Assembly (NCBI RefSeq): GCF_001194135.2
Contig: NC_068981.1
Location: forward strand, 46,125,764-46,158,919
Origin: Octopus bimaculoides
Lineage: Eukaryota
DNA length: 33,156 nt
Direction: 5' to 3'
Shown: piece after piece, positions 11,811 to 24,039 of the stretch
Layout of the letters: the number at the start of each line of letters is the position of its first letter
Numbering within the stretch: position 1 is the stretch's first letter
Notes under the pieces: model-generated
Told to the model about the DNA's origin: nothing
The model's input: the letters and a program-made list of their open reading frames with translations, nothing else
Database searches by the model: none
Position numbers and translations under genes: made by a program

Positions 11811-12560
11811 TGGTGGTGGGAGATTCAATTCCCATTGGTACCAAATTTCCTATAACATGAGATTTCAATTCTTCATATTCTCTTCACGCTATTGGTTGAT
11901 AGGTTGTGTATAATATACATTCTAGGATTGGTTGCAAATGTCAGTGATTTTATAGCGTAGATCAATAGATTTGTATACCTTATACAATTCATTTGCAATG
12001 AGCCTATGTAAAATATTGTTATTTCCTGCCATTGAATAAACTTTTGAGACAAGAAATTGAGCCTGAGAAAGCAAATTGTCGATCAGCATTGTTCATTCAT
12101 TCAATACATTACAAGATTCAAAAGTTTTAACATTATTTACAGTACACTCTTTCATAATCGTATACCTCTTTCATTTCTGTGTAAATGAAATCAGGATAAA
12201 ATCAAAATAAAATTGTTTTAATACGACACTAAAAAGCATGCTTAAGTCTTTTTTTTTTCTTTTTCAAAGAGAGGTGTGGTATGCTCATGTGGAAATAATA
12301 TATTATTGCTATGTGTTTCCAAGCGGAGAAACTATAAACAAATGTTAACAGAGAAAAACTGAACAAAAGAATTCAAATGGTAGCGTAGTAAATTCTAATG
12401 CACAAATTTAATATTGAATATTTAATAGTTTCTCAACCATTTATTATTAAGTCACAATTGTAGAGGTGTACACAAGAATATAAGCGAATACAAACATATA
12501 CATCCTTCAATCACACGCACTTATATGTGCGTGTGGTATATGTGTGAATCTCTCTCTCTT

Positions 12561-12612
<52 letters not shown>

Positions 12613-13119
12613 AGAGAGTTTGTATGTGTGTATGAGTTTTTATGCGTGCATATGTCTCAATGTGTTTCCACGCGTACATGTGTGTGATGGGGTATTGACA
12701 AATCTTTGGAATCTCAGACAAAATGACATATGATTTCTTGACATTTTCGGATGAAACCCACCGCACTCGACTTAGCTTGTCCTCTATCTGAGCCCGATAA
12801 AATAAAATACTGGTCACGTAAACGGTTTTGTCCAATTGCATGTCTTACACCTGTAATAGAATCAATGATCAAGAGTGTTGGCTCACAAAACGTTAGAGCA
12901 TTGAACAAATTATTTCGTGGCGTTTAGCTGATAGTTTTTTACATTTTAGTCAAAATCCTCCAAAATCAACATTACCCCTAATATTATCAGTTTGGAGAAA
13001 ATAACATAATATGACTTTCTCTGAAATACAGAAGTTTTTTTATGGCCTTATTGATCCTTACGTGTGCTTTACGATCTTTGCGGCTTTACATTTTTCTTTC
13101 CTGAATAAGTCAAAATATA

Positions 13120-13930
13120 TATTTCCAGGTTTTGAGTAACTTAGGGTATCGTTATTTATTTGTTATATGCTGTCTCTCAATTTCGTCTATAGGCTTGCCT
13201 TTCGTACGATAGACTGTTTTTATATGCAGTTTTGTAGTACATTACATATTCTTGCCGCAACTTTACATGGAGCATACAATTTCATCCAGGAAATAGTTCG
13301 GAAATAGTAGTGATTTTGTAGTTGTTATTTTGAACATTATCTAAGGCGTTGCGATCTTACAGAACAGTGAATACGCCAGGCAAAATGCGGGTTTATCCGC
13401 ACCGAGTGCAAGTATCTACCAATATCCATATCGCCTTTAATCCGACTCCTCCACCACTCATAATTACTAGACTTCTTCCAAAATAAAAAAAAACGTTATT
13501 TGAATCATTCTCTTCTGAAGTTATCTCATTCTTGCGCAGAGGTTTTACCCACCCTATTCTAACAATTATTTGATATTTATTGTTCTTTAATAAAATCTCT
13601 GCAAAATAATTTCCGATATTGCCATAGGCTAATGCTACTTAGCAATGGTCTCATGCCATTTGCGGTCCTTTGAAACGTTCGGGTATTTCGTAATTATCGT
13701 TTTACTAACGTTTAAAGAAATCTGTTATTTCCTTTATTTCTCGGTTCTACTCAGTATTTGCTCGATATTTGATATTCTTATTCATTTCTTATTAAGTAGC
13801 GCCTGAGTTAATCTGCAAATATTAACAGTTTTCTAATTGGTATGCGTACTCTATATTCTATCAACATTTATCTTCATATCAGTTTTTAATAATTATACGG
13901 CAGCCGGATTTCTTTTTACATAGTTTTGCT
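13120..13930 (-). mobile_element. Highly decayed PLE-like RT remnant
   Basis: Minus-strand fragments appear in the expected order across frameshifts: KKSGCRIIIKN*YEDKC (cf. ADKG..VVI....Y..K), GMRPLLSSIS (cf. PLRPIVS.I), IKGDMDIG, YFLDEIVC (cf. YVDD), KTVYR and RYPKLLK (cf. NGYP). Confidence 0.45.
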
Positions 13931-14200
13931 TAAAGGTGAGTTTTATCATTAGACCAACGTTTTGTAGGATGTCTACGAATGTATAACAATTTTGATTCCT
14001 TGATTCCCTTCTTCTATATTGATGGAATAATCGCTTCCGTTTTTCATACTGTTCTGTGCTGCAAGGTTTTTGCTGTTATACCCTGTTTTATTTTCTCTTT
14101 TACCCCAAGGTTTCCTCTTTATTTATTATGTTGTAATGTTTTGTTATAAGCGCTTTTTTTTTCAGTTTTCATATTTGATCCTTCCTATCTACTCAATGTA

Positions 14201-15500
14201 CACAGCGGAACAGCGATGACGGACGTTTTTGAAAAATTCACAAAATCCTTATTGTTAGCTGCAAACAAATTTCATTGATATCAATATGTTCTTATTGAAT
14301 TAGCATTCGTTAAAATTCAGTGTGTAAAATAGCATCCATCATGTGGCCTCCTTTTTCATTAATGCTTTTCTGAAGGTGCTCTTGGAAGTTGGTCTCCAGT
14401 CAACCCATCATTGCTCTGCCGATTTTGTCGAATTCTACGCGAATAGCTTCTTTCAAATAGTCCAAATAGTACGGGGCTTATGCGCATACATATGTGCTCT
14501 GAGGTTTTCCCACAAGAAATAATCACACATGCCTATATCAGGGAACTGAGAATGCCATGGAGATATCAGAAAACCTGGAAATGAGGCAAACACCGAAGAG
14601 AATACGAAGAACGTCCAATGACCCTGTGGCTGTGTGAGCAGTCGCCTCTTCCTGCTGAAACCACACCCGTCGAATAGTCATACGTTTTCACCGTAATTCA
14701 GGCACAAATAAGTTGTTTATTATCTCGACGTAACGCTCGGAACTCAGAGTAATTGAATTTCCATTATTGTTTTCAAAAAAGTAAGGACCAATGATGGCAA
14801 CATTTCTAAAAGCACACCAGACCTACACTTTTGGGTTGTGCAGTGGTCTTTAGTGCGGTTCTCTCGGATTTTCAAGAGTTTTTAATTCTTTTAATTCAGC
14901 ATGCCATCGTGTTGCAAAAAAGCTTAATCACTCATTGGCAACAGGAGGTTGTCGTTTGCCTCAAAAATTGCTTCTATATGACGTTCGAAGTTAAGGTACT
15001 GTGCATAATCCCATGATTTCAACTGTAGCCCAATAACTAGGTTGTTCTGTTGTTAATGCAAGTTTCCATGCAAAATACGCCTTACCGATCGATTATCGAT
15101 GCCAAATTCAGAGGAATGCCAACGCGCAGAACGATTCAAACCCCGTATCAAAAATTGTCTGACGCGTTCCACTTTTTCAGAGATCTGTAGCGTTTATTCA
15201 TTATCGTACCTCGTGTACGAAGTGCATTCACCCAATGCAAAATTGCGTTACGAGAGGGAAGAGCCTGATTTCGGTGAATGTTGAAGTGGCGCCGAAACAC
15301 ACGCTGAACTGCTGTGACAGACTCGTTCTTCTTCATGTAACTGCCGTAGGCAAACACGTGTTGCTCTATCGTCCACAGCGCTGTGGCTTCACCTGAAAAT
15401 AAAATAAAAAGTTCTAAATTACCACGGACCATATTTTACCTGTTACCTAGGGCTGAGTAATAGCCATTTCAAAAACGACCATCGTTTCTGCACCATCCAA
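14201..15500 (-). mobile_element. Full-length (~1.3 kb) decayed Tc1/mariner transposon, rosa/DD41D-like, with TA target duplication
   Basis: TA flanks lie at 14199-14200 and 15501-15502. Degenerate 34-bp TIRs (14201-14234, 15467-15500) share CGTTTTTGAAA at identical spacing from the TA. The minus-strand transposase remnant reads WTIEQHVFAYGSYMKKNESVTAVQRVFRRHFNIHRNQALPSRNAILHWV, MSD*AF, ENPREPH*RPLHNPKV*VWCA, IIGPYFFEN, WFQQEEATAHTA and FPDIGMCDYFLWENLRAHMYAHKP. It has stops and frameshifts. Confidence 0.92.
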
Positions 15501-15502
15501 TA

Positions 15503-16300
15503 GTTTGCATTGCATTGTGATGCAATATACGGGATTTTTTGCTTTGCACTTCATGTTTGCATTCACTTCCTATTCTTGAATGTTTTTGCTGTCCATTGTT
15601 TAATTAATTTACATGTCCTACAACGAGGTCTCCACAGTTGATTACTTCCATCGTTTCTTTTTCAAACGTGAATTTCGCCTTTGTTAAAAATCTCTGAAAT
15701 TTGGTGGTTGTCTTCGACTGTTGATAAGTTGTGTTTTTTTTTAATTATTCGTTGGAGATTGATGATTGATGTAGAATCGGGAGGTATCATTTGGCTGAGT
15801 ACTGGATGTTTTGTTTTCTAGGATTGTGGGTGATTTCAAATGGAATAATTGTATTTGTAAATTTGTTATCACACCTAGGCTGAGTGTTTCTCCATAAAAG
15901 ATCGAGAATTTCTTTGCTTTTGTTATGGCATCTTGAATTAACTTCTTGGGGTATTTTTGTTTCTAAAGAATATATTAAGTTCTGCCAGTTGTTTCCCTCG
16001 TTTAACGGTATCAGACTATTTAGTATATACGCCTTGCCATATTAAATGGTATGTTTAATTTTATATAGGAAGGGTTGGAAGACCTAAAATCTAAATATTT
16101 GTGTGTGTGTGTATTCTTATAGAACAGATCAGTTATAATTGTCTCATTTTCTTTAATTATCACAATATCCAGAATGGGGTGTCCCTTTTCATTCGTTTCC
16201 ATAGAGAATTGAATTCAGACATGAATGCTATTTATTAATTTCAGAAATTTTGTAATGTTCTCCTTACTTTCGTTCCAACATATGAAGCAGTTACTTAAGA
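15503..16300 (-). mobile_element. Penelope-like element fragment: RT C-terminus/thumb, Cys-rich linker and start of GIY-YIG endonuclease
   Basis: Minus-strand translation gives SNCFICWNESKENITKFLKLINSIH, IQFSMETNEKGHPILDIVIIKENETIITDLFYKNTHTHKYLDFRSSNP, KQKYPKKLIQDAITKA, INSRRQPPKFQRFLTKAKF, NCGD-RCRTCKLIKQ and VNANMKCKAKNPVYCIT. The CxxxRCxxC linker suggests the Neptune-type PLE group (inference). Homology may extend upstream to ~16800. Confidence 0.88.
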
Positions 16301-17454
16301 ATGTTTTCAAGGTTCCTATATTAGAGACTTGGAAGTGGTGTTCAAAACTAGTATTGGAGAGGCTGTGGATTCCTTCTTCTACAACTGTGTGGACACGCAC
16401 ACACATACACAAACACACATATACATATAACAGGAACAAAAGTTTAACATGTATATTTCATATATATGTGGAAATATCTAAATTGAATCTAATACAATTA
16501 AACGGTCTTATATTTTTATGATATAGAAATGCGTTAGTTTTGAGGAACGTGGAGCGGCGTAGCTTACTGTATCTCTAATCCGTAACTTTTATTGGCAGAG
16601 TATGTCTCAGATTACTTTCAGTTATTCCAGTTTTGATTGGTTTAGGATGTTTAAGTGGTGAGTTAAGGGAATGTTTGGTCAGTCTCCTGCAACGTCTGTG
16701 TATTAGGTCATCTAAGTTACGTGCGAAGTCACGCCAAAGGTTTAGTCCCTTATGTATTTATGTTTCTTTATGTATGCTCGACTGTTTAAATTTATACTTA
16801 AGTATGTGAGCATTGTCATCCCGTATTCTATCCCCGCTGAATAACACAAGTCATGCACACACTCGCGCACACGCACGCAGACACTTGCGCACACACACAT
16901 ATACATGCATACCCCACCATATATATATATATATATGTGTATGTGTGTGCGTGTGTGTATATATATATATATATGGGAGAATATACAAAAAATAACAACA
17001 GACGAGGACAGGTGGTGTAAATAANNNNNNNNNNNNNNNNNNNNNNNNNNNNNNNNNNNNNNNNNNNNNNNNNNNNNNNNNNNNNNNNNNNNNNNNNNNN
17101 NNNNNNNNNNNNNNNNNNNNNNNNNNNNNNNNNNNNNNNNNNNNNNNNNNNNNNNNNNNNNNNNNNNNNNNNNNNNNNNNNNNNNNNNNNNNNNNNNNNN
17201 NNNNNNNNNNNNNNNNNNNNNNNNNNNNNNNNNNNNNNNNNNNNNNNNNNNNNNNNNNNNNNNNNNNNNNNNNNNNNNNNNNNNNNNNNNNNNNNNNNNN
17301 NNNNNNGGGGGGGGGGAGAAATGAGACCAACTGGGTGGAGAATCTAGTAAATATTACAAACTGCCCATCCAAAAAGTCATAAATACATGTGTGCGTGTGT
17401 GCATGTGTGCATGCGTGTGTGCGTGTGTGCATGTGTGTGTGCGTGCGCACACCT

Positions 17455-17595
17455 ATTTCTTTGTGTCTCTGTTTGTGCCCCACCACCGTTTGACAATCGC
17501 TGTTCGCGTTTGACGTCCCCGTAAGATAAAAAATAGTACTTGGCTTAAAAGAATGAATTCTGGTGTCGATTATTCGACTAAAACCCATCAAATAG
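17455..17595 (+). mobile_element. SINE family A, 3' part
   Basis: Reads GTGTCTCTGTTTGTGCCCCACCACCGTTTGACAATCGCTG...GACGTCCCCGTAA...AGTACTTGGCTTAAAAGAAT...GGTGTCGATTATTCGACTAAAA. Confidence 0.75.
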
Positions 17596-17814
17596 GACAT
17601 AAATGATATTGATTAAAGTTTCTATCCTTTTGCAGTTATAATATATGGATACACCACCACTATATAGATGAGATGATTAGTATTGTATTTGAGGGATCCC
17701 GTGATTACTAAGACAAATATTTGTTGCAGTTTTAATTATCATTAAGATGCCATGCTGGTAAAATTCTTAACTTACCGGAAAAAAGTATTAGTAGCATTTT
17801 CTCCGGTTTTTTTT

Positions 17815-17915
17815 TTATTTTGAATTCAAATGTCACCCAGGTCGTCTTTGCCTCTTATCTTTTCGGGGTCGAAAAGTAGTGGAGTCGATTAAATCGACTT
17901 CTTTCCCTTAAAATT
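17815..17915 (+). mobile_element. SINE family D fragment
   Basis: Reads TTGAATTCAAATGTCACCCAGGTCGTCTTTGCCTCTTATCTTTTCGGGGTCGAAAA...GTCGATTAAATCGACT, which is reverse-complement homologous to ~11400-11460. Confidence 0.6.
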
Positions 17916-17974
17916 AATGTCTTTTTGCTGAAATTCAAAAGAATGAATATCATCATTATCATCGCCGAAATCAT

Positions 17975-18010
17975 CTATTGTTATTGTAGTTGCTGTTGTT
18001 GTTGTTCCTG

Positions 18011-18074
<64 letters not shown>

Positions 18075-18145
18075 CATCATCATCATCATCATAATAATCA
18101 CCATTATTGTTGCTGCTGTTGTTGTTGGTATTATTATTATTATCA
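17975..18145 (+). repeat. Compound trinucleotide microsatellite (GTT/ATT/ATC)
   Basis: Direct reading. Confidence 0.95.
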
Positions 18146-21100
18146 TATAGCATATTAATGATACAGGATTGATTATTGAAGACACATAATAATTTAGAGA
18201 TTTTAAATAGAATATAATTAATTTTTGAGTATTTCATCTTGATATTCATTCCATACTTGTCAATTAATTACAATTCTTTCAGACAACTTAGAGATACTCT
18301 AGTGTTAATTAAGGTATGACTTCCTATTTAGACATTGATATCGTATAAATATTCAGTATTGTTTATTAAAATAATTTCTAAAGTTGATGATTTATTCATA
18401 TTATTTTTGTTTTTCATGTGACTTATACTTTTCACAATTATCAATTTTATGACTATAGCTAAATACTCCAAAAATGTTACTTTGTTTTCATATTTCTCTT
18501 GTCCAGTCATCTTCTGTACAATTCCCTGTTGAAATGCCAATCACTTAATATCTAACTCGTGAAAAATATATTAACCCAAAAATTAACTTCACACCTCGTC
18601 AGTGCATTTAGTCCAGTAAAAAAATCGCTATAAATAACAATCTAATGTCTTTTATAAAAAAGAAACATGAAATAATAGGAGACATTTTAACGTTTCGGAT
18701 ATAAAGGAAGATGGGGAAATTATGAGTCAGCATAATTAAAGAACATAGGGTTATGCATAATATTTTAAATTCATTCAAAGTAGTGTTCGATTTATCTAGC
18801 AAATGACACACGATCATAAATAACGATTGCAAATTATTTTCAAACACATTGCTTATTAGAATGTCTGGGAAAAAGGGACGACAACATTACTGTACCAAAT
18901 ATGAAGAATGAAAAATTAGTTATATTGAATAAACTATATTCTTGCTTTTAACTATACAATATATAGGTATGTGTTATGAAGCTACAGGGTAGAGTAAGTG
19001 AAATGAGAATTGTAAATATTACGTTAATTTTATGAGCAACAACACCTGTAGGTATATACCATTCTGCTCTAGATATTTGACATGATATATGAGCGTATAA
19101 CAAAATAGTGGCAAAATAGAAGGATAAGAGCGTAAAGCGACAGTGAAATATAAGAGAAAAGTGATAAAATACGAAAACTGATACAGTCTTCGTTTCCAAT
19201 CACTTGGCTTTAATGTGTATATATACGCAAATCTGATTACAATATTATTTCCAAATCCGACTATACCCTAAAGAATTATAAAATTCTCAGAGGAAACCAA
19301 AATATTTCTCCTCACTGTAACCTATCACCGCATACCCAACAAACACTCACTTTCCTACTACCTTCTCCACTTCCACATCTTTCACAGCTAATTACCCACT
19401 TTACCTACATCACATCTAATAATAATAATCTGGTTACCCTTCATACAGCTTTACCACCGACAAAACCGCCTATTGAAAGAGTATATTAAGCCAAAATTAA
19501 CCCAATTAAAGCTCTGTGATGTGAATGCAAAAAAGAAAAAGCGGATCTTTGAAGTCAATGTCAACCTTTTTCTGGTAAAGATTTAATGAATATGTACTTG
19601 AGTCAACCCTCAATTTAATGTGAAATTACTTATATTTATGAATAACTATAAAAAACTTTGAAATTTAAATATATATATTTGTATATGTATGATACATTAT
19701 AATATGAGATATTATATTATATTATATTATATATATGCATATCTACATATGAAGAGATGTATGTATATATACACACACGCAGACACATGCACACATAGGC
19801 ACACACACGCGCACACACACACACACACACACGCATACATATATATTTAAGATCATATAATTAGGTGAACTTCGTAATAAAAGTTGGTGAAACATTCCTG
19901 AAATTTAATATTATAAATCTCTCCTTATTTGATGTTGCAAATGTTCTCCATCGCGTGTCAAAATTTTATAGCTAAATATATGAGAGTCCTTTTCGTTGCA
20001 TAATTTCATCTCAGGGAATCAGATAATGGATGAATAAAATTAAGTTTGCAGAAATTTATATGTGCAGATACATACCTAGACACATACGGGGATATACATA
20101 AACGCACATATACACGCACATATATAATATATGATATATATAATATATGATATATATACATATATACCTACATGTATATAAATATGCAAAGATACAAGAT
20201 ACACATATAAGTATATATTTCCATATTATATATAGATATGTATATGTGTAGGTGTGTATGTACGTGCGTACATATGTATAACGTATATGTTCTTTATATA
20301 TGGTTGTAAATGATACTAGAACGTAGACGTTCCTGTGTTTTTGTTTTTTTGTTTTTTTTGTTTTTTAACAGATGATAGTAGGGATATATTACAATAAAAT
20401 GAAGCTTGTAATTAAGTTTTGTTCTTCGCAAATTTATCATGCTGGAGACTCTACATTCGCAAACATAAACAAAAATTTGTATGTTCAGGAAGCGGTGGTA
20501 TGTATCTGGCATATGTCGTAGTCTTTATCTAAGTAATATAATTTAGCGTCTGTTTCTAACAAGCTCATGTGATGTTACATTTGCTTGCTCTCTAGTGATT
20601 ATCTTATCAAATAAAACATATTTGTGCATTGCTGAACAATGAGGTTGAGTGTATTAGTGGGTGATATATTTTATGTTCTTGTCTGTAGAATTTTTTTTGA
20701 TTTGTTTTTACAGTTTTGATAGCGTAATCAATTCCATATCTCACTTCTGAATCCCTTATTCATTCCGATGTTTAGTATATAAGAGTATTTTGGTGCCAAG
20801 GGCTGCAATAAAACATTTACTACAATAAACTTGTTAAGTTCCCCTTTCAACTTACACTAGATATGTATAAATCGACGATTTGCTCACCGTAACGTGCCAA
20901 TTTCTGATTAAAGCACTACTATATGAGATGCAATATGCTGTTGAAAAAATGTTGCTGAAATATTAAATGCGATCATATCGTGCTTTGAGTAAAAGATACA
21001 TTTGCAAGTGTAAAACTAGAAAAAGCATATCCTTAACGTATGCTATGCATGCCATTTATATTAAGCTTGAAAAGCTTTCATTTAAGTGTGTCCGTCTCAA

Positions 21101-21304
21101 ATCTATCTGAACGAAACTATTGGAAAATTTCGAAATTCTAATGCATATCACATTTTTTTTTTTATAAAGAGAGAAGAAGTGTTATTGCTTCACCATCTTA
21201 TGAATATCATTTCCAATTTGAAACGAGCTTTTACGCATTAACTTTGTCAAAATACATTCATGAAAATTTATATATCTATATACATATGATTGACAGAAAC
21301 ATCT

Positions 21305-21400
21305 GTGAGTTGGATAGCTTCCCTTTCGGTAATCGTTCCGGCTGTTCTTAGTTCAAATACCACCTGAGTAACATTTATCTTTTATCCTTCTTGGATCGCT
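21305..21400 (+). mobile_element. SINE family D 5' fragment, diverged
   Basis: Reads GAGTTGGATAGC...TCTTAGTTCAAATACCACCTGAGTAACATTTATCTTTTATCCTTCTTGGATCG (B box plus central domain). Confidence 0.5.
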
Positions 21401-21978
21401 AAACAACTAATAACATTTCTGTATTGGCGTCGATATTCCTTCTATTTCTGTCTGTTGGATTTTCGCATTTACAGAAAACATTGTCTATTGTCAGAACTTA
21501 AAAAATAACCACGTCACGTTTATTTATGTGAGAGAGAGAGAGAGGGGGGAGTGGTATTGGTATCCAGAAGATCCAAGGTGGAAAGTAAGGCTATGTAAGT
21601 GAAATGGAGGGACCGTAGTTACACTCTCGGTTCCATAATGATACGAATGAGGAGTCTAATGTGGGTCTTCTATGAGCATTTATATATTAAATAAAATGAG
21701 ACCACAGACCAAGATTGTGTACAATTTTCAGTACATTTCTAAAGAGAAAGTTAGTCTTACAGATTTTGGGGGGATATTAGGGATAGCCCATCAACAGAGA
21801 CGATGTTTATGGTTAAATAGAGGGATATACTACAGTTCAATATGAGTAGTTAGTTTCGAAAAGGAAGCAAATAAGGAGTATATAGGGAAGTAGGTGAACG
21901 AAAGTAGAAAAAAAAACTGTATAAAAATATTATAGTTGCAGTTCCATTATACAAGGAAAGTGGTATGTAGAAGTGATG

Positions 21979-22027
<49 letters not shown>

Positions 22028-23609
22028 GTGTGCGTGTGTGTGTACTTAAATATATAACGCTTGCATATTTGTTGACTGCATTGACAGAATTTATCTCAGT
22101 TTATAAAATATGCACCACGTTTTCCTAGTAATAGTGTATGGTCCAATTGTTTTACAGTACATGCATGCATACATGCATATATATGCACATGAAAACATGT
22201 ATAGAAACACGCACACACACGCACACACGCATGCGCGAGCACTCACACACAAACACATATATGCTGAAATCAACATAAGGCTTAAAATCTACAGCAAATA
22301 GGTTAAATGATTTATTCCTGATTAGATTATTTAATAATTGATTCGTCAATACATAGGTGAATGCTAAAGATCGGAGTCAATTTATTTAGTTATAACCAGC
22401 TCTTTAAATACCCTTGAGTCTATTAAATATAATTCAAATTATGAATAAATATATTTTACCTCGCTAAAATTAGTTATTATTACAAAATTGTTATTTGCAA
22501 CATAGGATTGCCGATATTAAATATTATTGTTAAACCAGTTAGTTAAAAGAATGAAATACGATTACACGGAATTATGAAAAATCCAATATGGCTCTTTAAA
22601 GTAAAGGAAGTAGTTTTGAAAAAGAAAATCAAATTCAATTATTTCAGATTAAATAGGATTACGATTACAGAACAGAAAGCAAATCATATAGAAAAACATT
22701 CTCTTTACGATTCAATATTCAAATCGTTAGCATATTTTTTTAAATATTATTCTGGAAAACATATTTTTGATATTTCTGAAACTCTAAGCTTCTCGAATGT
22801 CTGAATAGGATTAAAATAGTTTGGGGGATTATTGAAGAAAAATTGCGTTTATTTTACGTATGATAATCATATAGTTCTTCTTGTTTATTATTCAAACTAT
22901 TCAAGACAAACCTGATGATAGATATCCTAAAAGACTCTGATTTTGTTAGTTGCCATGATATGTTTGTTTGCTATGACATTGGAATATAAAGCATTGTTTT
23001 GACTGTAAATATTTGACAATTATTTTAACACATAAAACAACAACTCTTGTTACTTTCTATGCCAAGCGAAAAGATGAGACTTAAATATACAAATATATTT
23101 GGTTTGCAATCAAACATACAGAAACTTACAAACACAATCACACACATATATGTGTGTTGTGTGTGAGTGTATGTGTGTGTGTATGTGTGTGTGTATGTGT
23201 GTGTGTGTGTGTGTGCGTGCGTGCATGTATGCGTATGTGTGCTTGTATACCTGTGAGCGTATCTGAATAACATTTGGCAAATATATGTGTATGATTATAT
23301 ATGGGTGTGCATNNNNNNNNNNNNNNNNNNNNNNNNNNNNNNNNNNNNNNNNNNNNNNNNNNNNNNNNNNNNNNNNNNNNNNNNNNNNNNNNNNNNNNNN
23401 NNNNNNNNNNNNNNNNNNNNNNNNNNNNNNNNNNNNNNNNNNNNNNNNNNNNNNNNNNNNNNNNNNNNNNNNNNNNNNNNNNNNNNNNNNNNNNNNNNNN
23501 NNNNNNNNNNNNNNNNNNNNNNNNNNNNNNNNNNNNNNNNNNNNNNNNNNNNNNNNNNNNNNNNNNNNNNNNNNNNNNNNNNNNNNNNNNNNNNNNNNNN
23601 NNNNNNNNN

Positions 23610-23663
<54 letters not shown>

Positions 23664-24039
23664 CATATGTATGTGATGCGTGTGCGCCTGTGTGTGCGTG
23701 TTTCTGTATTTTGATTATAAATTTGAGAAGAGCCACTATACTACTAAATACGTGAATTAGACACCTAAAACACCTGGTGGAGAATGCCTTCGAAAACGAA
23801 ATATTTTAATATAGAAGAATGTGCAAAATAAAAATAGATAACCAGTGTAAAGGGAATAGACTAGAAAAAATCTTGGCGTATGTTTTAATCAACGTGAGGT
23901 AAAAGCAATAACAGATGAAATGAAATTAAAACCGATACCATTCCTATGATGGTTAATTATATAACTTAAACCACATGATTCCCCAGTTCTAAATTTATAG
24001 ATGCTGTGAATGATACACTGCAACACTTTTCCTAAAATA

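Noticed and set aside
18685-18730. CCGAAACGTT on the minus strand, like the 3' half of the 2524-2569 ribozyme
   Set aside because: There is no CTGANGA box or stem II upstream.
19230-19480. C-rich segment with a weak PLE-like peptide (LVTLHTALPPTKP)
   Set aside because: The similarity is too weak and there are no neighbouring motifs.
494-21400. tRNA-like sequences in SINE heads
   Set aside because: They are degenerate with no full cloverleaf, and are embedded in SINE bodies, so they are not tRNA genes.
22912-22935. CTGATGA followed by TAG-ATATC-CTA-AAAG
   Set aside because: G12 of the GAAA box is missing and no stem I can be formed.
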